Assembly (NCBI GenBank): GCA_965112735.1
Contig: OZ218954.1
Span: 3,906,001 to 3,970,000 of the forward strand
Source of the DNA: Phaeosaccion multiseriatum
Lineage: Eukaryota > Protista > Ochrophyta, other classes
Direction of reading: 5' to 3'
Length of the DNA: 64,000 nucleotides
Shown here: positions 48,601 to 59,967 of the stretch, in pieces
Layout: each line of letters starts with the position of its first letter
Position numbering within the stretch: the first letter of the stretch is position 1
Made by a program: the position numbers and the translations under genes
Notes under the pieces: model-generated
The model's database searches: none
What the model saw: only the letters and a program-made list of their open reading frames with translations
Told to the model about the DNA's origin: nothing

Positions 48601-51600
48601 GGTGCACTCCTGTGTTGTCCCTCGGGTTTTGGTTGGCTCAACTTTAGCATCCGTGATCCTTGCCCGGCAGACGATAGTCTCCTCCTCTCAGGCATGTACT
48701 GATTCCGTGGTGCCTTTTCTTGCTGTGCCTCTGACTGGTAACGCATGCCTCCATCATACTGCCATTGTCTGCTCTCCCGCTGTCCGGCATCGTTTCTCCC
48801 TCAGGCCCCAACCACTGTCGCTCCAACCACCATCCCTCCGACCCCCGCGCCCTCGACATCAACTCCGACTAATGCTCCGACCACGGTAAGTGACATGACG
48901 CGGTGCACTCCTGTACTGTCCCTCGGGCTTTGGTTGGCTCCACTTTAGCATCTGTGATCCTTGCCCGGCAGACGATAGTCTCCTCCTCTCAGGCATGTAT
49001 TCATTCCATGGTACCTTCTCTTGCTGTGTATCTGACTAGTAGCGCATGCATCCATCATACTGCCGTTGTCTGCCCTCCCACTGTCTGGCATCGTCTCTCC
49101 CTCAGGCCCCAACCACTGTCGCTCCAACCACCACCCCTCCGACCCCCGCGCCCTCGACATCAACTCCGACTGATGCTCCGACCACGGTAAGTGACATGAC
49201 GCGGTGCACTCCTGTGTTGTCCCTCGGGCTTTGGTTGGCTCCACTTTAGCATCTGTGATCCTTGCCCGGCAGACGATATGTCTCCTCCTCTCAGGCATGT
49301 ATTCATTCCGTGGTGCCTTTTTTTGCTGTGCCTCTGACTGGTATTGCGTGCATCCATCATACTGCCATCGTCTGCTCTCCCGCTGTCCGGCATCGGCTCT
49401 CCTTCAGGCCCCAACCACCGTCGCTCCAACCACCATCCCTCCCACCCCCGCGCCCTCGACATCAGCTCCGACGGATGCTCCGACCACGGTAAGTGACATG
49501 ACGCGGTGCACTCCTCTGTTGACTCTTGGGGGCTTTGGTTGGCTCCTCTTTAGCATCTGTGATCCTTGCCCGCAGACGATGTCTCCTCCTCTCAGGCATG
49601 CATTCATTCCGTGGTACCTCATCTTGCTGTGCCTCTGACTGGTAACGCTTCCTTCCTATTACTCCCATCGTCTGCTCTCCCGCTGTCCGGCATCGTCTCT
49701 CCCTCAGGCCCCAACCACTGTCGCTCCAACCACCACCCCTCCGACCCCCGCGCCCTCGACATCAACTCCGACTGATGCTCCGACCACGGTAAGTGATATG
49801 ACGCGCTGTCCCTCGGATTTTGGTTTCCTCCAATGATGTGCCCTCGCAGGTACTTGGCAATCACGCTCCTGAAGCTCACGTCGCACACACGCCCACTCCC
49901 TGCTTTCTGTTCTGTTTTTTGTTTGTTCTGCTCGCATTCGCTTTCGCATTCGCATTCGTTCTCTGTCCATCCCCTCCCTCAGCCGGTGGCGGTTACCCCC
50001 CGTGTCACGGTCCCTTTTGAGGCCACCATCCAAAGCCTCGTCGTACCCCTCCGACACGCTCGCAGACGCCGTCTTGCCGCCGGAGACGAGGCGGACTCCG
50101 CACTCAGTGCGCAAGTGCTCAGCATTATCGTCGCCGCTGTGGACTTTGTCGCTCGTACTACCGTCTCCAATAGCGCTTCCGCCTCCGGCGTTGTGGAGGG
50201 CTCCTTCTCCATGATTGAGCTGCCGGACGAGGACGAGAACGTCGTCTCCTACGCCACATCTGCCACCACCTTCTACGACGTTACAGCAGAGGAGGAGCTA
50301 GACACCGAGGCTTTTGCCACGCTCGTGTCAGCGGCCGCACGCACGGCTGTGGAGGGAATTATTGCTACGTTAGCCAACCTCGACATCATCGACGGCGTCG
50401 AAGAGCCCCCTACAGACACCGCCTCTCCTGCGTCGACACCGACCACCGTGCCTTCAACCCCAGCTCTGACGTGTGTAAGTAGCCGTCAATGTCCATCAGG
50501 CCTCTTCTGCGTGGAGGGGATGTGCAGCGAGTGTCTCGTGGAGGGAGCGGAGTGCTCCGCATCCTCCTACAGCACCTCAGCTTGCTGCGGTAACGTCGCC
50601 TTCTCCGATGTTGGAGCTAGCGGCTTCTGCATCGACCAGGAGGACGACAGCACCGCTGCCACCCCCTTCACTGGCATATGCTCGCCGAGGTACGCTGTTG
50701 AGGGGGAGCGCTGCGCGGGAGATGTCTTGGATCGGTACGGGAGCTCCTGTGGCAGTGGTCTGGTCTGCACCGAGGGAAGATGCACTCAAGGAGGGGCGGT
50801 GGGGGAGCCCTGCTCGGAAGGGGGTGCCGCAAGCTCCTGTGGGAGTGACCTCCGCTGTGTGAAAGCCACGTGTACTGCCAAAGCAGTGGAGGGGGATGAG
50901 TGCTTCGATGGTCTCACTTGCGGCAGTGGCCTCATCTGCTCTTGGGGCAAGTGCACCCTCCCAAGCGCAGCGGGTGAGCGCTGCTCGCCGTTTAGCGCTC
51001 CGTATAGAACGGTGGGGCACAACAGCGCTTGCGGACCAGACCTGTACTGTGCGGACGGGATCTGCGGCGCGTGCGTCGAGAATGGAGGGCAATGCTCGGT
51101 TAGCCCCACGGGCTGGTACTCGTCCGTGTGCTGTGGTGACGTGACCGAGGGACAGGGCGCGGGTGGCTTCTGCATCGCCGGGGTGTGCTCATCGACGTAT
51201 ACTCAGGAGGGGGAGCCCTGCGAGGGGATTGACGACCAGAATTCCTGCAGCGGTGACCTCGTCTGCGTCGAGGGCAGTTGCATTGCCCCAGGAGGTGATG
51301 GAGCGGACTGCCAGGGAGACCTCACCAGCAACACGTGCGGGCGAGGGCTACACTGTGTGGAGGGGACCTGCACGGCCTGCATCGAGAATGGAGCACAGTG
51401 CTTGACTGAGACTTGGGCCAACTCAGCTTGCTGTGGCGATGTGTCCCCCTCTGGAGCGGGTGGCTTCTGTCTTTACGAGGAAGGCGCGTCCCGCATTAGC
51501 GAGCCACCCTTTATGGGCACTTGCTCATCTACATTCGGTGGGCTGGGAGACTCCTGCCTAGCAGCTGAGTTCGAAGGAAATGAGTCGTTGAGTTCCTGTG

Positions 51601-53423
51601 GCGGTGATCTGGTCTGTATCGAAGGGACATGCCGCGCGTGCATCGAGGAGGGAGCGGAGTGCTCGGCAAACTTGTTCAGCAGCTCAGCTTGCTGTGGCGA
51701 AGGAGCCTCTCCGGGCTTTTGCATCGACGAGGACAATCCCACGTCTGGCCGAAGCACCTACAGCTTTACCAGTAGTACCCCCGCCTTCTTCACTGGCATA
51801 TGCTCGTCGAGGCCTGGTCAGGACGGGGAGAGCTGCGCAGGAGGTGTGGGCGTCAACTCCTGTGCCCCAGGCCTCTTCTGCATCGAAGGCACCTGCAGCG
51901 GCTGCCTTATGGAGGGGGCACAGTGCTCCACATCTACCTCAGGCGACTTGCGCGACACCATTTGCTGTAGCAATGTTGCCCACCCGTTACCCTTCGCGGG
52001 TGGCTTGTGCATCAAAATGGACGATGAGGACACCGGCAACGGGCTTGAGACACCCACAGGCAACGGGTTTTGGGCAGATGTAGGCACTTGCTCTCCGACC
52101 TTTGGTCAGGAGGGTGAACGCTGTATGACAAACTCTGATGATGGAGACTCCTGTGGCCTCGGACTCTTCTGCATCGAGGGTACGTGCAGCGAACCTGGAG
52201 GTGCCGGTGACTCTTGCGTAACCACCTTCGACGGAGACTCCTGTGCCCCAGGCTTCTTCTGTAACGAGAGGACGTGCAGCGAGTGCCTCATGGAGGGAGC
52301 GGAGTGCGCAGCATCCTTCTACACCATCTCAGCTTGCTGTGGTGACGTGAGCTCCGTTGGAGCTGGTGGCTTCTGTATCTCGGGCAGTTGCTCAGCAAGT
52401 CGTGGCCAAGAAGGGGAGAGCTGCGCGGGAAGTGTGGAAAACAGCTCCTGTGCCTCGGGCCTCTTGTGCGTGGAGGGTAGCTGCGCTGCACCAGGAGGTA
52501 TTGGTGAGAAGTGCGACGGGCCCGAACTTGACCCCTTTCTCAATTCGTGCGAGGGAGTACTCCTCTGTATCGAGGGGACGTGCAGCGAGTGCCTCGTGGA
52601 GGGGACGGAGTGCTCAGCATCCTTCTACAGCGAATCAGCTTGCTGTGGTGACGTGAGCCCCCTTGGAGGTGGCGGCTTCTGCATTGGCGACGACGACTTT
52701 GGCACATCCACCACCCCCTCCTCCACAAGCACTTGCTTGGCGAGTCGTGGCCAAAACGGGGAGCGCTGCTCGGCAGATGGAGATGACAGTTTCAACAGCT
52801 CCTGTGTCGAAGGCCTCTTTTGCGTGGAGGGCAGCTGCGCTGGACCAGGAGGTATTGGCGACAGGTGCGATGGGCCCGAATTTGATGCCACTATCAACAC
52901 GTGCGAGGAAGGCCTCTTTTGCGTGGAGCGTAGCTGCGCTGCACCAGGAGGTATTGGTGAGAAGTGCGAGGGGCCCGAACTTAATGCCCTTCGCAATTCG
53001 TGCGAGGGAGTACTCCTCTGTATCGAGGGGACGTGCAGCGAGTGCCTCGTGGAGGGGGCGGAGTGCTCGGCATCCTTCTACACCAACTCAGCTTGCTGTG
53101 GTGACGTGAGCCCCCTTGGAGGTGGCGGCTTCTGCATCGGCGACGACGACTTTAGCACATCCACCGCCCCCTCCTCCACAAGCACTTGCTCGGCGAGTCG
53201 TGGCCAAAACGGGGAGCGCTGCTCGGCAGATGGAGATGACAGTTTCAACAGCTCCTGTGTCGAAGGCCTCTTTTGCGTGGAGGGCAGCTGCGCTGGACCA
53301 GGAGGTATTGGCGACAGGTGCGATGGGCCCGGATTTGGGCCCGACCTTGACCCCACTCTCAATACATGCGAGGGAGTACTCCTCTGCATCGAGGGGACGT
53401 GCCTGAGCCTTTTTTCTGAGTGA
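45666..53423 (+). CDS. Very large secreted protein G: signal peptide, ERAL, three C..DP.C..GIGCNAxGxGxECRFCxF..(F)..CP modules, ~8 PT exons, long Cys-rich repeat exon
   Basis: Exon 45666-45719 MRSFVGALLLSSSGFVFQ; exons from 46025, 46354, 46792 and 47248 carry the CRFCGF modules. 81-nt APTTVAPTTxPPTPAPSTxTPTDAPTT exons at 47.6-49.8 kb. Final exon 49983-53423 has many GExC...SCxxGLxCxEGxC and CxxEGAECS...SACCG...GGFCI repeats. Confidence 0.82.
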
Positions 53424-55300
53424 TTCTTGCAGGGAGCGGAGTGCTCAGCCCTCTCCTATGGAGCAGCTCAGCTTGCTGTGGTAACATGACCACCCGGAGA
53501 GGTGGCGGCTTCTGCGTCGACGATGAGGACTTTCGCACGTCCACTTCCAATGGCTGCACCAGCCACGGCAGTAGTACCGGCCCCTCCATCGGTGGTGGCT
53601 GGATGCTCGTCGGCGAGTCATAGTAGCTTCGTGGAGATTACTCTTACTTTGCATGTTTTAGCTCTAAGAGTCGAGTGTATTCCTTTTCATGTTCCCCTCT
53701 TCAAACGTCTTGTAGAAGAGAGCGCCGCAAGGCATTCCCAGCCAGGCAGTGCTTGTTGGTGGGTGTGACGGGTTTTTTTTCTCGTCTTCTTTCTCTCCCC
53801 TTCTCTCCTTTTTTCTTGTTGTACTTGTTCCAGAGAGAAAGCTCTTAAAACATACGTTCGTTAGTGACTCTCTCCAAAGTATTCCTTTGCTGCTCCCCTC
53901 CCCTACGCTCCTCGGCTCCAAAGCGAGTACCTAGTAGTACTAGCCACACGCTCTCCCTCTTGGGCCACAGTACCGTCGCAGACCAGGCACAGATTAGATA
54001 TTATGAATGTGATGCCGGAGCTCTTATGCCCAGAAAACAATCTGTGCTCCCCCCTCCCGTCGTCCGCCTGCCTCCCTCCCTCTCCGCGCGCTTACTTGCC
54101 CTGGTGCTGAATCACCACCTGCCGAGGACCCACCTAAGAGTCACTCGGCGCGCGCACAATACTCAAAGGGTTTAGAGAATGCATGCACTACCAGAGCCTT
54201 GCTCCCAATGGTAGGTCTCCTGTTGACCTTATGGCTATCTCCTATCGATTTCTCTCAGTAAAGACAACAAGAAATTGGGGGGCAACATAAGCAACAGTTA
54301 CAGAATGTTGCTACCGCTAGTACGTTTAAGACTCTCTACGCGACGAGCCTGGCTAAGCCCCCCCCCCTGGCTAGAGCTGCAGGAGTTGGTAAGGATGTGT
54401 GTCCCACTCACAGCCTCCTCTCCCCATACACCTCTACATCAGGCACACAACGCTTCTAGGGTTTGCTCTTTTTCGCAGTCAGACCGTCTCTTTTACCATC
54501 TCCCTCTCACTCTCTCTCCCTCTCCCTCTTTCACTCTCTCTGGTGTGCTTCTCTCACTGCATTGCCCTTGGTCTCCATCCCCCAACCCCCCACCCACCAA
54601 GTCCACCCCCCTCCCACCCCATATGACCGCGCAAAACCAAGCAGAAGAAAAGAGCCATTTTTTGGGCGCAAAGAGCTGTAGACCTTAGACAAGGATAGTG
54701 TATACTAGGTCTGTAAGGTGCAGGTCGATACCGCTCTTATAGCCTTTTCACTTGCCTATTTTTTCCCCAAGAATGATAAGGGAAATAGGGGGGAGGAGAA
54801 TGTTGGGGGGGGGAATACAGGCTGGCGACGCAAGTTTGGACAACCAGTTCGCGCTAATTCTTGCCTGTTGGGGGGAAGAGCAAAACACCACTACAAAATT
54901 AACGACACACACGAGCTCTGCTCCCCCAGAGCTGCCATTGCGCTTTATCCCCCTCACAAGGTCTCTCACCCGCACGACCAAGATCCTTGGAGCAGGCAAA
55001 GGTAAGTCTATTTTGCAGGCAGCCAGGCGCTGCGTTTTTGCGCCTGCTGAGGGGGAGTTCAGGGAAGCTCGCTGCAATATACGCGCTCCCGTTCATCTTG
55101 GCATTCTATCTCGTACTTCTATTCTTTATCTCTGTAGCACGACCGCGAGGACCCTCTATCCTTGTCGAATCGCAGGGGAATCGAGGTTGCTTGGTGCTGA
55201 TTTGCTTCCCCCCTCCCACTTTCATCCCTCCATCAGGTCTCTTCCACTCCCCCCGCACACGTCGCTCTCGCTAAGCTCCAGGGCAGACTACGTGTGAATT

Positions 55301-56840
55301 ATGATTGGCTTGAAGCTGGGGCTGTCAGCGCTCGGCCTTGCCCCTCTCAGCGGGGGAGGCAGCAGCCTCAGCTTCAAAGAGGCGTGCGTGCGCTTCACCG
55401 GATATGCTAACGCGTATCGGGAAGACGCGACCATTCGTGGCCTGTACGAAACGTGCGCCTGCGACCCCACGGAGGACAGGAGCTTTGTCTGCTCCGCCCC
55501 CTTCCTGCCCACGGCAGAGGGGGCAGATTCCAATGCCTGCAGTAGCGTGTGGGACCCCGAGCCCTCCTTCAAGACGTTTGAGAACTGTAACGTGGTCTGC
55601 AGCGGGAAGGACAGCTGTGACCTTACCACCTTCAGCGGGACTTCACGTGTGGCTTGTGAGGGCGATTACGCATGCTATCGCGCAGCTCTTCTGAATCAGT
55701 CCACCGCTTTGTGCCGGGGACCAAACAGCTGCATGGTGAGAGAGACGAAGAAGCATTGCTGAGTGTTACAAAATTCCGATACGTGGCTCTGCTCTCTCGC
55801 TCGTGCTCGCTCTTCCGCCCCGTACTGGCTGCTGCCTCCTGAAACTGCCTGTTGCTTTTCGTGCGTCTCGTGCTCCGCTCCCCAGGGTATCAATCTGTGC
55901 GAGTCTCTGCAAGGAGAGGGAAGACAGGACTCCGATTCGTGCTGCGCGAGTGCGATGTGCAGTGGCGAAGCTTCTTGCTCTTCCATCAGTGCCCAGGGTC
56001 ACTCTCGAGTGACTTGCGAAACCGCACGGGCCTGCCAAGCGCTGGTGAGGAGAATACTTCGCCAAGCGGTTCGCTGGCACGGGCCTGGAGTACTCAAGTG
56101 CTTGCTTACTGCCTGCCTCTCTCCATTGATGGGGGGGTGCTTACGAATGACGAGTGAAGTGTCTGTCTGTTGCTGCCACGCCCGCACGCCGCTCAACCTC
56201 TTTGTCTGATCCTCTGCAGGAGCGCACCTCATATTTAAGTGCCGAGACTGCCACGTCGTGCTGCATCTCGGAGGAAGAGGATGCATGGTGAGCACAGTGC
56301 AGTGTCCCCGTCACACAACACGGGGGGGTTGGGGAGAGGCTGATCGTCTCCTGATGCCGCTCAGCACGCGCAAAAGGCTTTCTTGTTGAATGCGCTCTCC
56401 CTCTTTCTCTCTGGGCGTGCCCACTGGCCCTGCTCTTCGCGGGAATTTCATCTTCATTGGTTACTTCATTCTCTTCTTGCGTTTGGTTGTTTGGTTCTCC
56501 CCTTCGCTGACCTTCACTGCCCCGACCTGCTTCCCTTCACTCCGCACGGCCTTCTCCTCCGCCTGGTCCCTTTGGAGTCGCTGTGGACGGCTTACAACTC
56601 ACCGTCCCACCAATCTCTCCCTCCCGTGCCGCTCACAGCAACGCCGCTGGGGAGTGCTCGGAGCTCGGCCTGCCTGCACAGAGCTGCCCCGAGATGCCGG
56701 CAGCGGCATCCTACTGGGAGGGGCCGACTGTGCTACCCTACACGGGGGAAGACGATGATGACATTGTATTTGGGGAGGGAGTGCGGTTGGCGGTGAACTT
56801 AGAGGAAGTTGGCTTCGAGACGGTGGTCATGATACAGTAG
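55301..56840 (+). CDS. Secreted Cys-rich protein H with CxGxxSC/AC repeats (4 exons)
   Basis: Hydrophobic N-terminus; VVCSGKDSC, VACEGDYAC, ALCRGPNSC, AMCSGEASC. The splice junction TG|C restores DACNAAGECSELG; TAG at 56838-56840. Confidence 0.78.
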
Positions 56841-57338
56841 CAAGCCAGCCAGCTAATAAGACCGGACTGAGGATGGGGGGGTGGAGGGATAGGTATTTAA
56901 CATCCAATTTCTCTTTTCCTTTCATGTAAATTAATTGTATATATATAATGTAAAAGGCTCCCGTCTCGCTCCCTCACCACCGCTGGCTCTGCTTACGAGG
57001 AAGGAAGCCAGAGGCAGCCTTAGACTCGCTTCACGTCTTCTCATCAGTCGCTACAGACACTGTCGCGCAGCTCACTGCATTCAGAGAGTCAAGGCCGTCC
57101 ATGTCAGCGGTGTTTCGGCGCCATGAGACTGGAAGCCTCCCTCGACAACTGTGAGTCTCCGAAGCCCGACTAGTTGCCCAAGAAGTGTTGGCGCTAAACA
57201 AGAGTAATTTCAGGAGAGAATAGCGATAAAGGGAGGGGAACTGAGGGCAGGTTTGATATAGCTGGGGGGTGGGCTCGCGAGTCTCCTGACTCTCTACCTC
57301 TCGCTCACACTAAGATCCAGTCGAGACCTCAGGTCCTA

Positions 57339-58670
57339 ATGATGACTGCGCGGCTGTCGGCGCTGGGCCTTGTCCTCCTCAGCGGGGGAGGCAGCAGCCT
57401 CAGCTTCAAAGAGGCGTGCGTGCACTTCACCGGAGATGCTAACGCGTATCGGGAAGACGCGACCACTGGTGGCCTGTACGAAACGTGCGCCTGCGACCCC
57501 ACGGAAGACAGGAGCTTCGTCTGCTCCGCCCCCTTCCTGCCCACGGCAGAGGGGGCAGATTCCAATGCCTGCAGTAGCGTGTGGGACCCTGAGCCCTCCA
57601 TCAAGACGTTTGAGAACTGTAACGTGATCTGCAGCGGGGAGGACAGCTGTCATCTCACCACCTTCAGCGGGACTTCACGTGTGGTGTGCGAGGACGCTTT
57701 CGCATGCTATCGCGCAGCTCTGCTGAGTCAATCCACCGCTTTGTGCCGGGGACCAAACAGCTGCATGGTGAGAGAGACGAAGAAGCATTGCTGATGTTGC
57801 GAGAGTAGTCGGACAAGCAACTCTTTCTCTCGCTCTTGTTCGCTCTTCCGCCCCGTACTGGTGCCTCCTGAGCCCTTTGCGTCTCGCGCGTGTCGTGCTC
57901 CGCTCCTCAGGGTATCAATCTGTGCGAGTCTCTGGAAGGAGAGGAATCCGAGCAGTCGTGCTGCGCGAGTGCGGTGTGCGGTGGCGAAGCTTCTTGCTCT
58001 TCCGTTCGTGCCAAGGGCCACTCTCGAGTGACTTGCGAAACCGCACGGGCCTGCCAACCGCCGGTGAGCCTTCCGCTTTTCCTTTCACGGCACGTACGCC
58101 CTCGCGCACTTTTGCTTGATCCTCTGAACCTCTTTGCTCGGCTGGCCTCCTCAGGTGTACAGGCCGTACGACGCCACCAGTGACATTGCCACCTCGTGCT
58201 GCATTCCAGGGGAAGATGGCGCATGGTGAGCACAGTCGAATCTCTCCGTCACGCAACAAAGAGTGGAGGGCACTCATCACGCTGCACAGGATTGTTGTCG
58301 CTTGTGCCCCTTTTCTCTTGCTTTGCAGGCACCCTCCACTCAGCGCACTGCATCTCCTTGGCTCATCCCGATTGCCTGGCTGGTTCCACACACACTCCAA
58401 CCTGCCCTAACTCTCTGCTCTGTCTGCGCGCCTTTGGATTCGCCGCCTACGACTTTCTTCTTGCCGTCTCACGAACCTCGCCCTCCCATGCCGCTCACCC
58501 GCCGCCCTTCTTGGAGCAAACACAGCCCTCCGACGTACTTCGTCAGCAACCCTCCTGGGGAGTGCTCGGAGCTCGGCCTGCCCTCCAATGGATGCCTCGC
58601 AGCCTCAGCAGCAGCGCACACCCCCCCGGACTCACCGATGAGTAACGTTAACGTTTGGGCCACAGACTAG
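57339..58670 (+). CDS. Tandem paralog of H (protein I)
   Basis: Exon 1 nearly identical to that of H; same intron positions; diverged last exons ending NVNVWATD*. Confidence 0.78.
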
Positions 58671-59040
58671 TCCTCAGGCTACATCTCAGAGGAATTGGCA
58701 AAGTCTGATGGCGGTGTGCTGATGGCGGTGAACTTGGGGGGGGGGGCAACTCCGAGGGTGCTGTCATGGTAGAAGAGCAGGCCAGCCAGCCAGCCAGCCA
58801 GCCAAGGGAGGCCTTAGGGGGGGGGGGAGGCTTCAATTCATTAATTTTAAAATATGCACCGCTCTGTGCGGAGGACGGATAGTATGGGATGGAATGGAAT
58901 AGAATGGAATAGAATGGGAGATGGAGCCTGTTGGGTATGTATGTAGGATGGACTGTATATAGCTGTATCTCAGTGATTGTGGTACATAATCTATTCATAG
59001 TTAATTTAAGCTCTCATCGCGCTCTCTTCCGGGGGAAGAC

Positions 59041-59776
59041 CTACGTATGAGTGAGCACCTCCTTCGTGAATGGACTCGCTTCGCTTCCTCTCGCTTGCGC
59101 ACCTCCTTCTTCTCCTTCACTCTCTCTCGCTTTGTCCCTCACAGAAGGGCGGCAAGGGAAAGAGAAAGTCGGCCCCCCCGCGGGGCTTCTCGGGCCCCCG
59201 ATAAGCAGAAGCCTGAGGCGGCCAGCGGCCGAAAGCAAGAAGCCCGGGGCTGGCCTGCGGCCAGAAGCCTGCAGGAAAGTAGCGAGAAGCCCAAGTTTCC
59301 CATTTTTTTTCCCAGCCTGAGAAGCCCGAAGCCCAGACCTCTGGCCTGCGGCCAGAAGCCCGAAGCCTAGAGGGGGCTATGGCCTAGAAGCCCGGAGCCC
59401 GAGAAGCCCCGCGGGGGGCCGAAGAAAGGTGTGTTGCTACATCCCTGCGGTACTCCACTCGCTCGCTTGTCTTGCTGGTCTATCGCCTGTCACTCACATA
59501 CATCTCAATTCTCCCTTCTCTTCTCTCTTACGCCCCTTTCGCTTGTCCCCGCTTGTCTCTCGCAGAAGGGAAAGGCACGTCGCGCTTCTCCCCCTCTCCG
59601 TCTCTCTCTCTCACAGTTCTTACTCACACACATCCGTCTCTTCTCTCTCTTGTTGTGTTCACTCACAGAAAGGCGGCAAGGGAAAAGGAAAGGGCAGGGA
59701 TGGTGGTAAAGTGGTGAAGTCGGAGAGCCAATATCATAAAGGGGGGGGGAATAAAAGGGTTCCAGTAAGTCAGTAA
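59041..59776 (+). pseudogene. 5'-truncated family member E (only K/G tail exons: KGGKGKRK, KGK, KGGKGKGKGR...)
   Basis: Exons 59145-59168, 59566-59574 (GC donor) and from 59669 resemble the 3' exons of C. No signal-peptide exon upstream; a MITE is inserted at the first donor. Confidence 0.7.
59169..59422. mobile_element. 254-bp MITE with ~26-bp TIRs and 6-bp TSD (AGAAAG)
   Basis: Left end tcggcccccccgcggggcttctcgggc; right end gcccgagaagccccgcggggggccga. agaaag at 59163-59168 and 59423-59428; internal agaagcc repeats. Confidence 0.9.
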
Positions 59777-59967
59777 TTCTGTGAGTCCGAAGACCCAACT
59801 GCTCGAGATGCTCGGGCCCGCGCGTTGTTACTCTTTCAAAACCCCGCGTAAATCATGAAATATTGCTTTGGGGGTGGCGTTAGCTATCCAGCCATGGCCA
59901 AGAGGAGATCAGATCACAAACCAACCCGCACTCCTACAGCCTACCTCAAGACCTTCACCTGAACACC

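Noticed and set aside
43929-59040. Helitron carrying genes G, H and I
   Set aside because: A small hairpin exists near 59025-59039, but there is no 5'-TC/3'-CTRR pair at the junctions and no Rep/Hel ORF.
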